Part shown: positions 35,415 through 43,724 of the stretch, piece after piece
How positions within the stretch are numbered: position 1 is the first letter of the stretch
How the letters are laid out: the number at the start of each line of letters is the position of its first letter
Assembly (NCBI GenBank): GCA_002781185.1
Contig: PEUU01000025.1
Span: 1 to 46,013, forward strand
Length of the DNA stretch: 46,013 nucleotides
DNA from: Candidatus Jorgensenbacteria bacterium CG03_land_8_20_14_0_80_38_39
GTDB taxonomy: Bacteria > Patescibacteriota > Minisyncoccia > UBA6257 > GWB1-50-10
Reading direction: 5' to 3'
The notes under the pieces: model-generated
What the model was told of the DNA's origin: nothing
Database searches by the model: none
Seen by the model: only the letters and a program-made list of their open reading frames with translations
Translations under genes and position numbers: made by a program

Positions 35415-36113
35415 ATGGCTTATTTGTATCAAACTTATATTTATCAGCCGATTTTACAAGCTTTAATTTTTATTTACCATAATTTAGCTTTTCACGATTT
35501 AGGGCTGGCAATTATTATTTTGACGACTTTAATCAGAATAATTCTTTTGCCCTTGTTTTATAAAGGCGCCAAAGACCAAACTTTGCTTCAGCGACTTTCT
35601 CCTCAAATTAAAAAAATTCAGGGTGACCATAAAGACAATAAAGAAAAACAAGCCAAGGCCTTAATGAATTTTTACCGCGAGCATCGGGTTAATCCTTTTT
35701 CCGGAATTTTGCTTTTAATTTTGCAGCTCCCGATTATTATCGCCTTATATCAAGTCTTTTTGAAAGGTTTGTCAGCGGAGATTTTTGGCAATCAAATGTT
35801 TTTGGGTCTGATTAATTTAGGGCAAAAAAATCTTTGGCTGGCTGCTTTTGCCGCTTTAATTCAGTTCTTTTACGGTCGGCTTTCAATGGCTCCTCAGCCG
35901 GCCGGTCAATCAGGACAAGCAGTTAATCAAAAAACCGCTTTTAATCCTCAAGCCTCAGTAACCAAAATGATGACTTGGATGGGTCCATTTTTGACACTTT
36001 TTATTTTGGTTTCTTTGCCGGCTGCCATTGGCTTGTACTGGGGAATTTCCACGGTATTTTCCTTGGCTCAGCAACTGGTCATTAATAAAAAGATTCATCA
36101 GCAATTTAAATAA
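35415..36113 (+). CDS. yidC: Membrane protein insertase YidC
   Basis: GLAIIILT, RIILLPL, VNPFSG, LQLP, PAAIGLYW, QQ. Confidence 0.95.
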   Translation: MAYLYQTYIYQPILQALIFIYHNLAFHDLGLAIIILTTLIRIILLPLFYKGAKDQTLLQRLSPQIKKIQGDHKDNKEKQAKALMNFYREHRVNPFSGILLLILQLPIIIALYQVFLKGLSAEIFGNQMFLGLINLGQKNLWLAAFAALIQFFYGRLSMAPQPAGQSGQAVNQKTAFNPQASVTKMMTWMGPFLTLFILVSLPAAIGLYWGISTVFSLAQQLVINKKIHQQFK

Positions 36114-36122
36114 ATTAAGTTT

Positions 36123-36557
36123 ATGGAAAATTCTTCAGAAAAAATAAAAACCTTAATTAATTTAATGGGATTTCCCGAGGCCGAAGTTTTGATTGATAAA
36201 GAACATCGGCGGATTTCCCTTTTAATAGAAGACGAACTGGTCAACAAAAAAATTCCCTGGCTTTTGCCGCCCCTGGAACTTTTAATCAATTTAATTATTA
36301 AAAAAGAAGGAGAACCATTTAATTTTTCCCTTGACCTTAATTATTATCGCAAGGAAAGGGAAAGATTAATTGTGGAACTGGCTCGGGCCGCGGCTCATAA
36401 GGCAATGTTGACCAAGCAGTCGGTTGAATTGCCGCCAATGAATGCTTACGAAAGGCGTTTGGTTCATTTGGAAATTGCCACTCATCCTTCGCTTAAAACT
36501 GAAAGCCTTGGTCAGGGGAAAGAACGCCATGTGGTCATCAAACACTTGGAAGAATAG
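36123..36557 (+). CDS. jag: Jag/KhpB-like R3H protein
   Basis: DLNYYR, LPPMNAYERRLVH, TESLGQG..RHVVI; follows yidC. Confidence 0.88.
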   Translation: MENSSEKIKTLINLMGFPEAEVLIDKEHRRISLLIEDELVNKKIPWLLPPLELLINLIIKKEGEPFNFSLDLNYYRKERERLIVELARAAAHKAMLTKQSVELPPMNAYERRLVHLEIATHPSLKTESLGQGKERHVVIKHLEE

Positions 36558-36565
36558 ATGTTATT

Positions 36566-36632
36566 CAAAATAAAAAATTAAAAACCAAAAATAAAAAATA
36601 CAAAAAACACAAACGCAAAAATGTAAAAATTT
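36566..36632. repeat. Heptamer-periodic arm upstream of the four-helix-bundle gene
   Basis: AAAAATT AAAAACC AAAAATA...; imperfect reverse complement of 37011-37066. Confidence 0.7.
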
Positions 36633-37019
36633 ATGGTTGATAGAAAAAATCTAAAGCGAGAATTTAAGCTCAGAATTTATCGCTATGTGATACGACTTTT
36701 AAAATTTTTAGTTAAATTACCAAATGAGCCGGTAACCCGCGAAATTAAAAGTCAACTGACCAGAAGCGGCACATCAATTGGCGCAAATTATTTTGAAGCC
36801 GAAGGAGCCAGTTCTAAAAAAGACTACTAGAATTATTTCGCCATCGCCTTAAAATCAACTAATGAATCAAAATTTTGGTTGGCTGTTTTGAAAGATAGCA
36901 ATTTACTACCAGAAGAATTAAAATCAGAATCTGAACATCTTTTAAAAGAAACGGGTGAAATTGCTAACATTTTTGCCTCAAGTATTTTAACTATGAAAGG
37001 TAAAAGAAAAATTTTTTAA
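36633..37019 (+). pseudogene. Four-helix-bundle (23S rRNA IVP-like) gene with an internal TAG
   Basis: QLTRSGTSIGANYFEA..ASSKKDY*NYFAIALKSTNESKFWL...IFASSIL; frame continues 62 codons past TAG (36828-36830) to TAA at 37017-37019. Confidence 0.88.
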
Positions 37020-37066
37020 GTTTTTAGTTTATGTTTTTAGTTTTTGGTTTTTGGTTTTTCATTTTT
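37011..37066. repeat. Heptamer-periodic arm downstream of the four-helix-bundle gene
   Basis: TTTTTAG TTTTTGG TTTTTGG TTTTTCA. Confidence 0.7.
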
Positions 37067-38188
37067 CTAGTATCCGCCTAAAGGAAATTCGTAAAGATAA
37101 TTGTCGTAGCGATTGATAAAGTAAAGGACGCCGTCCGGCGTAATTCTTGCGTTTGTTGCGTCAATAGCCGGAATGTTTTCTTGGCTGCTCATAAAAATTT
37201 GATTCATATCGCCACTTTCTAAATCATTGACAAATAAAGCGTCCAAAGAATAAGTTTTGCGAGAAAAATAATCATCAGGCAAAGTTGAATCCGGCAGAGT
37301 TAAGGATGAAGGGACAAAACAATAAATCGTGTTTAAATAACTGTCGCATTTTTGAGGAAAAGTCGGCGGCAAAGAAAATTGCTTTTGGTTATTAATGGCG
37401 AAAAACCGGTAAGGCAGACTGTATTTGAATAAATATTGATTGTCCTGGCTATGATAGAGCATTAAACCCAATTCCGGACCATAAAGGGTTTGAAAAGATA
37501 AGGTTTTCAAATCAAGTTTCCAAACTTTGCCGCGGTAAGAAGCCGAGGGCTTTTCCATAATTAAAAGTTGGTCGGGCGCTTGCCATTTTAAATCAATGTC
37601 TTTGAAGCGGAAGTCGCTAATAATAATTTTTATTTTCGGCGGCGAGCTTTGAAGGTCAATATTGGCAAGGCTGATATTTTGTTGATTTTTTACGAGACCA
37701 ATAAGATTATGGTCTGAATCTGCCCAAGTAGCTTCTAATAAATCCGCAGGCAGAGGCCGCCAAGTCCGGTCATTAATATCAAAAATTCCCCATTGGGGTT
37801 GGCGAGGGTCGCCAAAAGCCATTAAAATTTCTTGAGCGCTAGGCGAGGGAATAATGGAATTAATGGCGGAAAAAGTTTGGGAAGAATAAAGAATGTCTTC
37901 TCCGGCTTTGGCATTATAAACTTCTCCTTTGGGGGTTAAATAAAAAATTTCTTCGGTTTCAGGAGAAAGCCAATAATTAAAAATTGGCCGGTCAGAAATT
38001 TTTTGAGGAGCCGGTTTATTTGCCTCTGTTGGCTGAATTGAACCTGGAGTTTGGATTGAAGGAGGCGAAATTATTTTTTTAGGCGTGGAAATTTGTCCCC
38101 AGAGCCAATAAACAGTTACAGCCAGAACCACTATTATCGCCAAAATAATTAAAATTTTATATAAAGGTTTCATAATTAGTTGGTGCAA
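37067..38188 (-). CDS. Membrane-anchored exported protein, possible beta-propeller
   Basis: N-terminal TM, P-rich linker, repeated W/SP-type strands, LYFINRYD.YLY. Confidence 0.7.
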   Translation of the reverse strand: MHQLIMKPLYKILIILAIIVVLAVTVYWLWGQISTPKKIISPPSIQTPGSIQPTEANKPAPQKISDRPIFNYWLSPETEEIFYLTPKGEVYNAKAGEDILYSSQTFSAINSIIPSPSAQEILMAFGDPRQPQWGIFDINDRTWRPLPADLLEATWADSDHNLIGLVKNQQNISLANIDLQSSPPKIKIIISDFRFKDIDLKWQAPDQLLIMEKPSASYRGKVWKLDLKTLSFQTLYGPELGLMLYHSQDNQYLFKYSLPYRFFAINNQKQFSLPPTFPQKCDSYLNTIYCFVPSSLTLPDSTLPDDYFSRKTYSLDALFVNDLESGDMNQIFMSSQENIPAIDATNARITPDGVLYFINRYDNYLYEFPLGGY

Positions 38189-38874
38189 ATTTTTAAATCA
38201 TCATCATAAAGTTTCTCAGTCTTGTCAGTAATCTTTTCTGGCAAGTCAATTTGTTTGAAAAGATAACATAAAATAGTAAAATTGCCTTTGGTTAGAGAAA
38301 AAGGAATAAAATGAGGGCCGGTGTCAGGAGTAGAAACGGAGCCAGTTCCGTAAAACAAGTAATAAAAGTATTTAGTGCCTTTGTGGTCAGTCCAGTTTAT
38401 TTTTTTGCACTTAGCGAGTGTTTCTTGAAAATCTTTATAATCATCGCCGCAGATAGCCCTAGAAGTGGTAGTAGCAATAGGCTGTGTTGAGGTGACCCCG
38501 CTGATTTGCAAAGTCACCAACTGGGGATTAATTGTTGTTAAGATTAAATAAGCGCCAAAAAGAAGAAGCAAGCCCCAAAGAGCTGAATAGATTCTGCCCA
38601 AAGCGTCTCTTTTTTTATCCGGCGAAGCGGCAGACATAACCGCGTATTGGACAGCGCCGAAAACAATCATTACCAAAGCCAGCATTCCGACAATGCCCAA
38701 GCCGAAATTGTAAAGGCCCTGAATATAAGTGAAAAGATAATTAGGGTTTTGCTTGAGAATTTCAGGAGTGACGTCGGGGAATGTAGATGTAGCCGCTTGA
38801 GCTTGGTTTTTTATAGCCAAAAATGTCCCCCAAAGAAAAAAATTAATAATTAAAAATATAACAATTTTTTTCAT
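38176..38874 (-). CDS. TrbC/VirB2-like pilin with a C-terminal extension
   Basis: Signal peptide; LALVMIVFGAVQY..SA...ALWGLLLLFGAYLIL.TINP. Confidence 0.7.
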   Translation of the reverse strand: MKKIVIFLIINFFLWGTFLAIKNQAQAATSTFPDVTPEILKQNPNYLFTYIQGLYNFGLGIVGMLALVMIVFGAVQYAVMSAASPDKKRDALGRIYSALWGLLLLFGAYLILTTINPQLVTLQISGVTSTQPIATTTSRAICGDDYKDFQETLAKCKKINWTDHKGTKYFYYLFYGTGSVSTPDTGPHFIPFSLTKGNFTILCYLFKQIDLPEKITDKTEKLYDDDLKICTN

Positions 38875-39563
38875 TGACTCAGATAAAAAGTTAAACTTGT
38901 TTCCTGAGGCGGAATTAAAGGACTGGTTTTGTTTTCCACCCCGGCGCCGATTCTAAAGCTATTATCAGTATTAGCCCAATCTTTGCTTACAGTTAAAATC
39001 ACCGGATTTTGGTTGTTTAATTCTTTTTGAAAATGAAGATTAATTTTCCAGAAGAAATTAAAATCCTGAAAATTGTTAGCATTGAAAAAATAAGGAACAG
39101 AACGAAGAACTATTTGTTCCCCTTCTTTAAAAGTTTTGATTGGCGAAGGGTAATCAATAATTACTTGAGGTTCAGCAATATTAACGCTGACGCTGTTGCC
39201 GTAATTGTTTTGTTCCAGTTGAATCTCCGTTCTCACTAAATAAGGGCCGAGCCAGTTTACCGGGACATTAATTAAAATTTCTTTTAAGCCAATTCCCCGA
39301 TTAAAATATTTATTGTTAACATACCAAAGAAAGTCCGCCTTGCTGATGTCAATAATTTTATTATCTTTTATTAATTCGGCGCTTACTAAAATTGGAGTCA
39401 TCGGCGTGGCTAGGGCTTTTAAGGGGTAATCAGCGGGGAAATAATTATTGGCTTGCCAGGTTAAAATGACTTGAGTTGAAGGTTCGGAAGTTTGGGCTTT
39501 GGCTTGAACCAACAATCCCAGAGAAATAATGATTATGATAAAAGTTAAAATTTTCTTTTTCAT
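38871..39563 (-). CDS. Secreted hypothetical protein
   Basis: Signal peptide (AKA), WQANNYFP..Y..KAL, PYFF. Confidence 0.75.
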   Translation of the reverse strand: MKKKILTFIIIIISLGLLVQAKAQTSEPSTQVILTWQANNYFPADYPLKALATPMTPILVSAELIKDNKIIDISKADFLWYVNNKYFNRGIGLKEILINVPVNWLGPYLVRTEIQLEQNNYGNSVSVNIAEPQVIIDYPSPIKTFKEGEQIVLRSVPYFFNANNFQDFNFFWKINLHFQKELNNQNPVILTVSKDWANTDNSFRIGAGVENKTSPLIPPQETSLTFYLSQ

Positions 39564-41335
39564 TTTTGTTGTTCTTCCATGCCTTGTTCTTCTAAACCTT
39601 TGGCGGCTAAAATTTGTTCGGGATTAGTGGTAATAATCTGGTCCTCGGTATAAGAAGGAATGATTTTGATGGCCGCTCTTTTTAAACCGGCAAAAAATAA
39701 ACCTTCGCCAATGCCAGCTTCCAGAAGAAGAGCTTTTTCACCTTCGGTTAAATCAAAAGTTTTAGCCACAATATCAATATTGGCCGGCGCTTGCTTAAGC
39801 AATAATTGAATGGTGGAATTGGTGATAATCGGTCGGCCGTATTCGGAAGTTAAGAAATCGTTGACGTCTTGGGTAATGGTTGTTACCCCCAAATAATATT
39901 TTCGGCAGCGTTTAACCAGACCAAAGAGGAAAGCGGCGCTGTCTTTATATTTCATCATCCACCAAGCTTCATCAATTATCAAAATCCGGCGTTTTAGTTT
40001 TGAGCGAATGAGATTCCAAATGAAGTTTAAAATAACATACATTGCAATCGGTCTGAGTTCGCTTTCCAAATCCCGAATGGAAAAAACTATCAAGCGATTT
40101 TTAATGTCAACATTGGTTGGTTGATTGGTAAAACCGGCATAAGAGCCGTGAGTGAATTTATCCAAGCGTTGGGCTAAGGAACGGCCGCCCTCGGTATTTT
40201 GAAGAACAGTTTGAAAATCTTCAAAAAGCGGCGGTTGAAGTTCGGTTGAGCCGAAATTTTCCGGCGTGATATCGCGGGAAGCATAAACGTCGTTAAGAGC
40301 CCGGTCTAAAAGCGCATCTTCTTCGGGCGTGATTTCTCCAAGCATTAATTCAATTAAGCCGGTTAAGTTTAAAATGTGGGATTTAAAAACATCGGCCGGC
40401 TCTTCATTTTCGGGAATAATGGGAATGTCAAAGGGATTAACGTGTTTTTCCGAAGTGAGGGAAATTTTAAACACTGAACCGCCAACCGCGTCCGCCAAAG
40501 TTTGATATTCATTTTCCGGGTCAATAACAATAACATCGGTTCCAATCATCATTGAACGGATAATTTCTAATTTGGTGGCATAAGATTTACCGCTGCCGGC
40601 CTTGGCGAAAACAACCGAGTTCGCGTTCTCCAAAGAAAAGCGGTCAAAAATAATCAAACTGTTATTATGAAGATTTAAACCGTAAAGAACTCCTTTGTCC
40701 GAACTTAATTCCGGCGAAACAAAGGGAAATAATGATGAAGCTGGCAAAGTATTAAGGGGAGTGTAAATGCCTAATTTGTCTTGACCAAAAGGGAAAACTG
40801 AATTTAAACCTTCAATTTGGCGGAAAAGAGCCGCTTTAAGATAAACCAATTTACTTTCCAACCGAGAAGTTAAGGTGTTTTCTAATTTTGATAATTCTTC
40901 TAAAGTGGTGCCGTAAATAGTGATATAAACTCCGACCTCAAACATTTTTTCTCGGGCTTGCTGAAGCGCGTCTCTAAGATTTTCTATGTCTTCGTGGGCG
41001 GTTTCCAGAAGCGGGTCGCGCACCATTCCTTTTTCTCCTTTTTCTCCCATTTCCGCTTCAATTTCCGCCACTCGTTTTCTTAAGCTTTTAAGGGCTAAAG
41101 CCACATCCAAAGGATGCATAAAAATACTAATATCCATCATTTCGGTCAGCTCAATAATTGAAGAAAACCAGCCGCTTGAAAGGTAGCGGGGATAAGTGAA
41201 GATAAAAAAGGATTTAGCGAAATAATCGCCCAATTTCAAATAGTTGGATTCTATTTTTAAACCGGCCGGCGCTATTACTTGAACCGTGTCAGCCGCCGAA
41301 GGCTTATAAGCTTGAGGCAATTTTATTTTAACCAT
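39560..41335 (-). CDS. virB4: VirB4/TraE-like T4SS ATPase
   Basis: LYGLN, DRF..NAN, AKAGSGKS, IDPENEY, INP-like VNPFD, IIDEAW, RKY, ITQD. Confidence 0.9.
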   Translation of the reverse strand: MVKIKLPQAYKPSAADTVQVIAPAGLKIESNYLKLGDYFAKSFFIFTYPRYLSSGWFSSIIELTEMMDISIFMHPLDVALALKSLRKRVAEIEAEMGEKGEKGMVRDPLLETAHEDIENLRDALQQAREKMFEVGVYITIYGTTLEELSKLENTLTSRLESKLVYLKAALFRQIEGLNSVFPFGQDKLGIYTPLNTLPASSLFPFVSPELSSDKGVLYGLNLHNNSLIIFDRFSLENANSVVFAKAGSGKSYATKLEIIRSMMIGTDVIVIDPENEYQTLADAVGGSVFKISLTSEKHVNPFDIPIIPENEEPADVFKSHILNLTGLIELMLGEITPEEDALLDRALNDVYASRDITPENFGSTELQPPLFEDFQTVLQNTEGGRSLAQRLDKFTHGSYAGFTNQPTNVDIKNRLIVFSIRDLESELRPIAMYVILNFIWNLIRSKLKRRILIIDEAWWMMKYKDSAAFLFGLVKRCRKYYLGVTTITQDVNDFLTSEYGRPIITNSTIQLLLKQAPANIDIVAKTFDLTEGEKALLLEAGIGEGLFFAGLKRAAIKIIPSYTEDQIITTNPEQILAAKGLEEQGMEEQQK

Positions 41336-41347
41336 TATTTTTTTTGT

Positions 41348-42031
41348 TTATTCTTTGTTTTTTTCAGACCTTTCAGGCAGGGATATTTTTCTTTCGGTTA
41401 ATTGGGGATTATATAAATTATAAAATAATTCGATTAATTCTTCATCGTTTAAAATAGCGGCTTTTAATCCTATTTGGTTCAAGGCGCTTAAAACCTGGTC
41501 GGTTCTTTCGCTTAATTGCTGAAGAGACTGAGAAGAAGTCAATTCAGTGTTCGGTTGGGAAGTTTTTTTCTTTTTAATAAATTGGAAAAGACCGGAGAGT
41601 CCCCCGCCGCCGAAACCGCCAGCTGCTTGAATATTTATGGGACTGGCATCATAAGTGACAACAACGAAGAATTTTTTGGTAATAATGGCGTTTTGTTCCA
41701 CAAAAGTTCTAATAAAATTAACGTACTCGTCAAGCTGGATTTTTAAAAGTTCGTTAGGTTCTTTTTCTTTAAACTCGGCCATCTTTTGAAGATAGTTTTC
41801 AATGTTAATTTTCCGGGAATGAATGAAAAATTGAATTGGAAAATCAAGCATGTTCAAAAAATTTTGGAAACCGCTGGTTATTAGATTTTGCTCGGTTTCG
41901 GATTTTAAATCAAAGTTGATTCCGCTCGTAATTAAAATTTGGCGCAAACCGCCGCCTTTTAAATAAACAACGCTGTCGCGGATTTCTTTAACTTCTACAA
42001 ATTGTTGAGTTGAAGGTTGAGAGCTATTCAT
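41348..42031 (-). CDS. TraC-like accessory protein of the T4SS cluster
   Basis: STQQF..V.EIRD, INFDLKS..EQ, FLN.LDFPIQ, FYNLYNP; lies between prgI and virB4. Confidence 0.7.
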   Translation of the reverse strand: MNSSQPSTQQFVEVKEIRDSVVYLKGGGLRQILITSGINFDLKSETEQNLITSGFQNFLNMLDFPIQFFIHSRKINIENYLQKMAEFKEKEPNELLKIQLDEYVNFIRTFVEQNAIITKKFFVVVTYDASPINIQAAGGFGGGGLSGLFQFIKKKKTSQPNTELTSSQSLQQLSERTDQVLSALNQIGLKAAILNDEELIELFYNLYNPQLTERKISLPERSEKNKE

Positions 42032-42059
42032 TGATTATATTTTGAGAGTGTTGATAAGA

Positions 42060-42112
42060 CTTCGGCTGACATGCTCGGGATGAAACTATTGAATAGTTAT
42101 TCAATAGTTTTA
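42060..42112. repeat. REP-like remnant plus a 28-bp hairpin
   Basis: AAACTATTGAATA-GT-TATTCAATAGTTT (42083-42110), preceded by CTTCGGCTGACATGCTCGGG. Confidence 0.6.
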
Positions 42113-42117
42113 CTTTA

Positions 42118-42597
42118 TCAATAATTGACTTTTTTGACAATTTTCTTTTCGCCGGTTTTTTCCCGAATTAAACCGTAGCGAGATGGCGTTTTTTGAACCG
42201 GAGGATGTTTCGGGGCGGTCATAATTCTTTGAGCCGCGGCTTTTAGTTTTTCTTGAAAACTCAATTGTTTCCGGTTTTTTTCTAAAAAGTCTTCGGGGAT
42301 TTCTAAGGTGGTTTGAGGAATTTCTCTTCCCCAAAGATAAATTTTCGGCCGCCAAAAATACTTAATGGCCGAGATTAAAATAAGAGGAAAACTTTGGCCG
42401 TTAATTTTTAAAAAAGCAAAAGCCAAAGCCAGAACTCCGACAATTAAAGTGATAATGAACCAAACAAAAAAATTAAAAATAGAAAAAGCCAAGAAGCTGA
42501 TGCCGGCGGCCGCGCCGATGTAAAAAAATTGGACCAAAGTTAAAGGGCCGACGATTTTCGGTTTGGTTTCAATAAATTGAGGAACTTGGAATTCCAT
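42118..42597 (-). CDS. PrgI family (VirB3-like) membrane protein
   Basis: FQVPQFIE..KIVGPLTL.QF, 2 TM, KINGQ, PKIYLW. Confidence 0.85.
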   Translation of the reverse strand: MEFQVPQFIETKPKIVGPLTLVQFFYIGAAAGISFLAFSIFNFFVWFIITLIVGVLALAFAFLKINGQSFPLILISAIKYFWRPKIYLWGREIPQTTLEIPEDFLEKNRKQLSFQEKLKAAAQRIMTAPKHPPVQKTPSRYGLIREKTGEKKIVKKVNY

Positions 42598-42600
42598 TTT

Positions 42601-43719
42601 TTAGCGTAGGTCAATAATGTTGCCCTCTACTTTGACCTGATTTTGGGAGTCTTTGGAGTTTTTAGAAGAAGGTTTTGGGTTTAAGGTTGGAAAAACCGGC
42701 GGGCTTTCGGTTTTTGGAGCTTCGGTTTTTGGAACTTCGGGTTTTGGAACCGCGGGTTTTGTTTCGGCTAGTTTTTCTAAAGGAATTTTAAAAGCTTCCA
42801 AAACAGGTTCTTTTTCAAGAATTGGTTTTGGAGAAACAATAACATCTTCTTTTTTTTCAAAAGGTTTTTCAAAAGGTTTTTCAAAAGGGTTGAGAGGGGT
42901 TCTAAATTCGCTGTAATGAACTATTCTTTTTGGCGGCGTTTCAATTTTTGATTTAAGGGTCTCAAGTTTGGTTAAAATTGTTTCCGGGGAACTTACTTCC
43001 GCTTTGACGGTCTCAGACAACGGTTTGGGGAAGACCTTTTTAAATAATTGAAAAGGCAGAGAGAAAGTTTTAAGAAAAGGCTTGGATTTTTTCTCAATGG
43101 GTTTGGCAACCTGTTCCAGAGGTCGCTCTTGTTGGAGAATAAAAGGCGCGGGTTTGGTTTTTAACCTTTCAGTCAAGGGAACTACTGGTATTGTTACCGG
43201 TTTAACCAAAGGTTTTTCCGCTTTGGAAATTTTGACTTCCGCGGCCGGTTTTTCTTCAGCGCTTACTTTAATTTGTTTTAAGGGTAGAGTTTCTTCTTTT
43301 TTCTCAATAATTTCTTCCAGAGAAATCGTTTCTTCCTTAGGGAGAATCCCAAATTGTTTTTCAAATTCTTCATCTTCTTTTTGAATTTCTTCCAAAGTTT
43401 TAGCGTCCGAGACATCAAATTCATTTAAATTAATTCCCCAGCTTTCCAAATCATGGCGCTTTGGCTCCAAGATTTTTTCTTTAATTTCTCGGCTAATGGC
43501 TTTGGCGCGAAATTGACTCGCCGGAATTTCTTTGGCTAGAGCGGAAATAAAATCTTTGATTAATAATTCTTTTGTTTCCAGTTGAAACAGCAATTCGGGA
43601 ATGGCGTCAATATTATAAAATCCGCTTCTTTTATTAATGTCAGCGATAAAAGCAATTACCCGGGGAGAACTGAAATATTCACGGATTCTTTCGGGAATAT
43701 TTTGAATATCAATAGCCAT
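42601..43719 (-). CDS. Hypothetical protein with a P/E/K-rich low-complexity region
   Basis: 372 aa; RIVHYSEFRTP, PFEK x3, terminal GNIIDLR. Confidence 0.75.
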   Translation of the reverse strand: MAIDIQNIPERIREYFSSPRVIAFIADINKRSGFYNIDAIPELLFQLETKELLIKDFISALAKEIPASQFRAKAISREIKEKILEPKRHDLESWGINLNEFDVSDAKTLEEIQKEDEEFEKQFGILPKEETISLEEIIEKKEETLPLKQIKVSAEEKPAAEVKISKAEKPLVKPVTIPVVPLTERLKTKPAPFILQQERPLEQVAKPIEKKSKPFLKTFSLPFQLFKKVFPKPLSETVKAEVSSPETILTKLETLKSKIETPPKRIVHYSEFRTPLNPFEKPFEKPFEKKEDVIVSPKPILEKEPVLEAFKIPLEKLAETKPAVPKPEVPKTEAPKTESPPVFPTLNPKPSSKNSKDSQNQVKVEGNIIDLR

Positions 43720-43724
43720 TTTAA

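Noticed and set aside
36828..36830. Genome-wide stop-codon reassignment
   Set aside because: TAG ends jag and the EndoQ-like gene, TGA ends rpmH and rpsT at expected positions, and no other gene shows internal stops.
36633..37019. Diversity-generating retroelement (Avd)
   Set aside because: No reverse transcriptase or TR/VR pair is visible; the motifs fit the stand-alone four-helix-bundle family.
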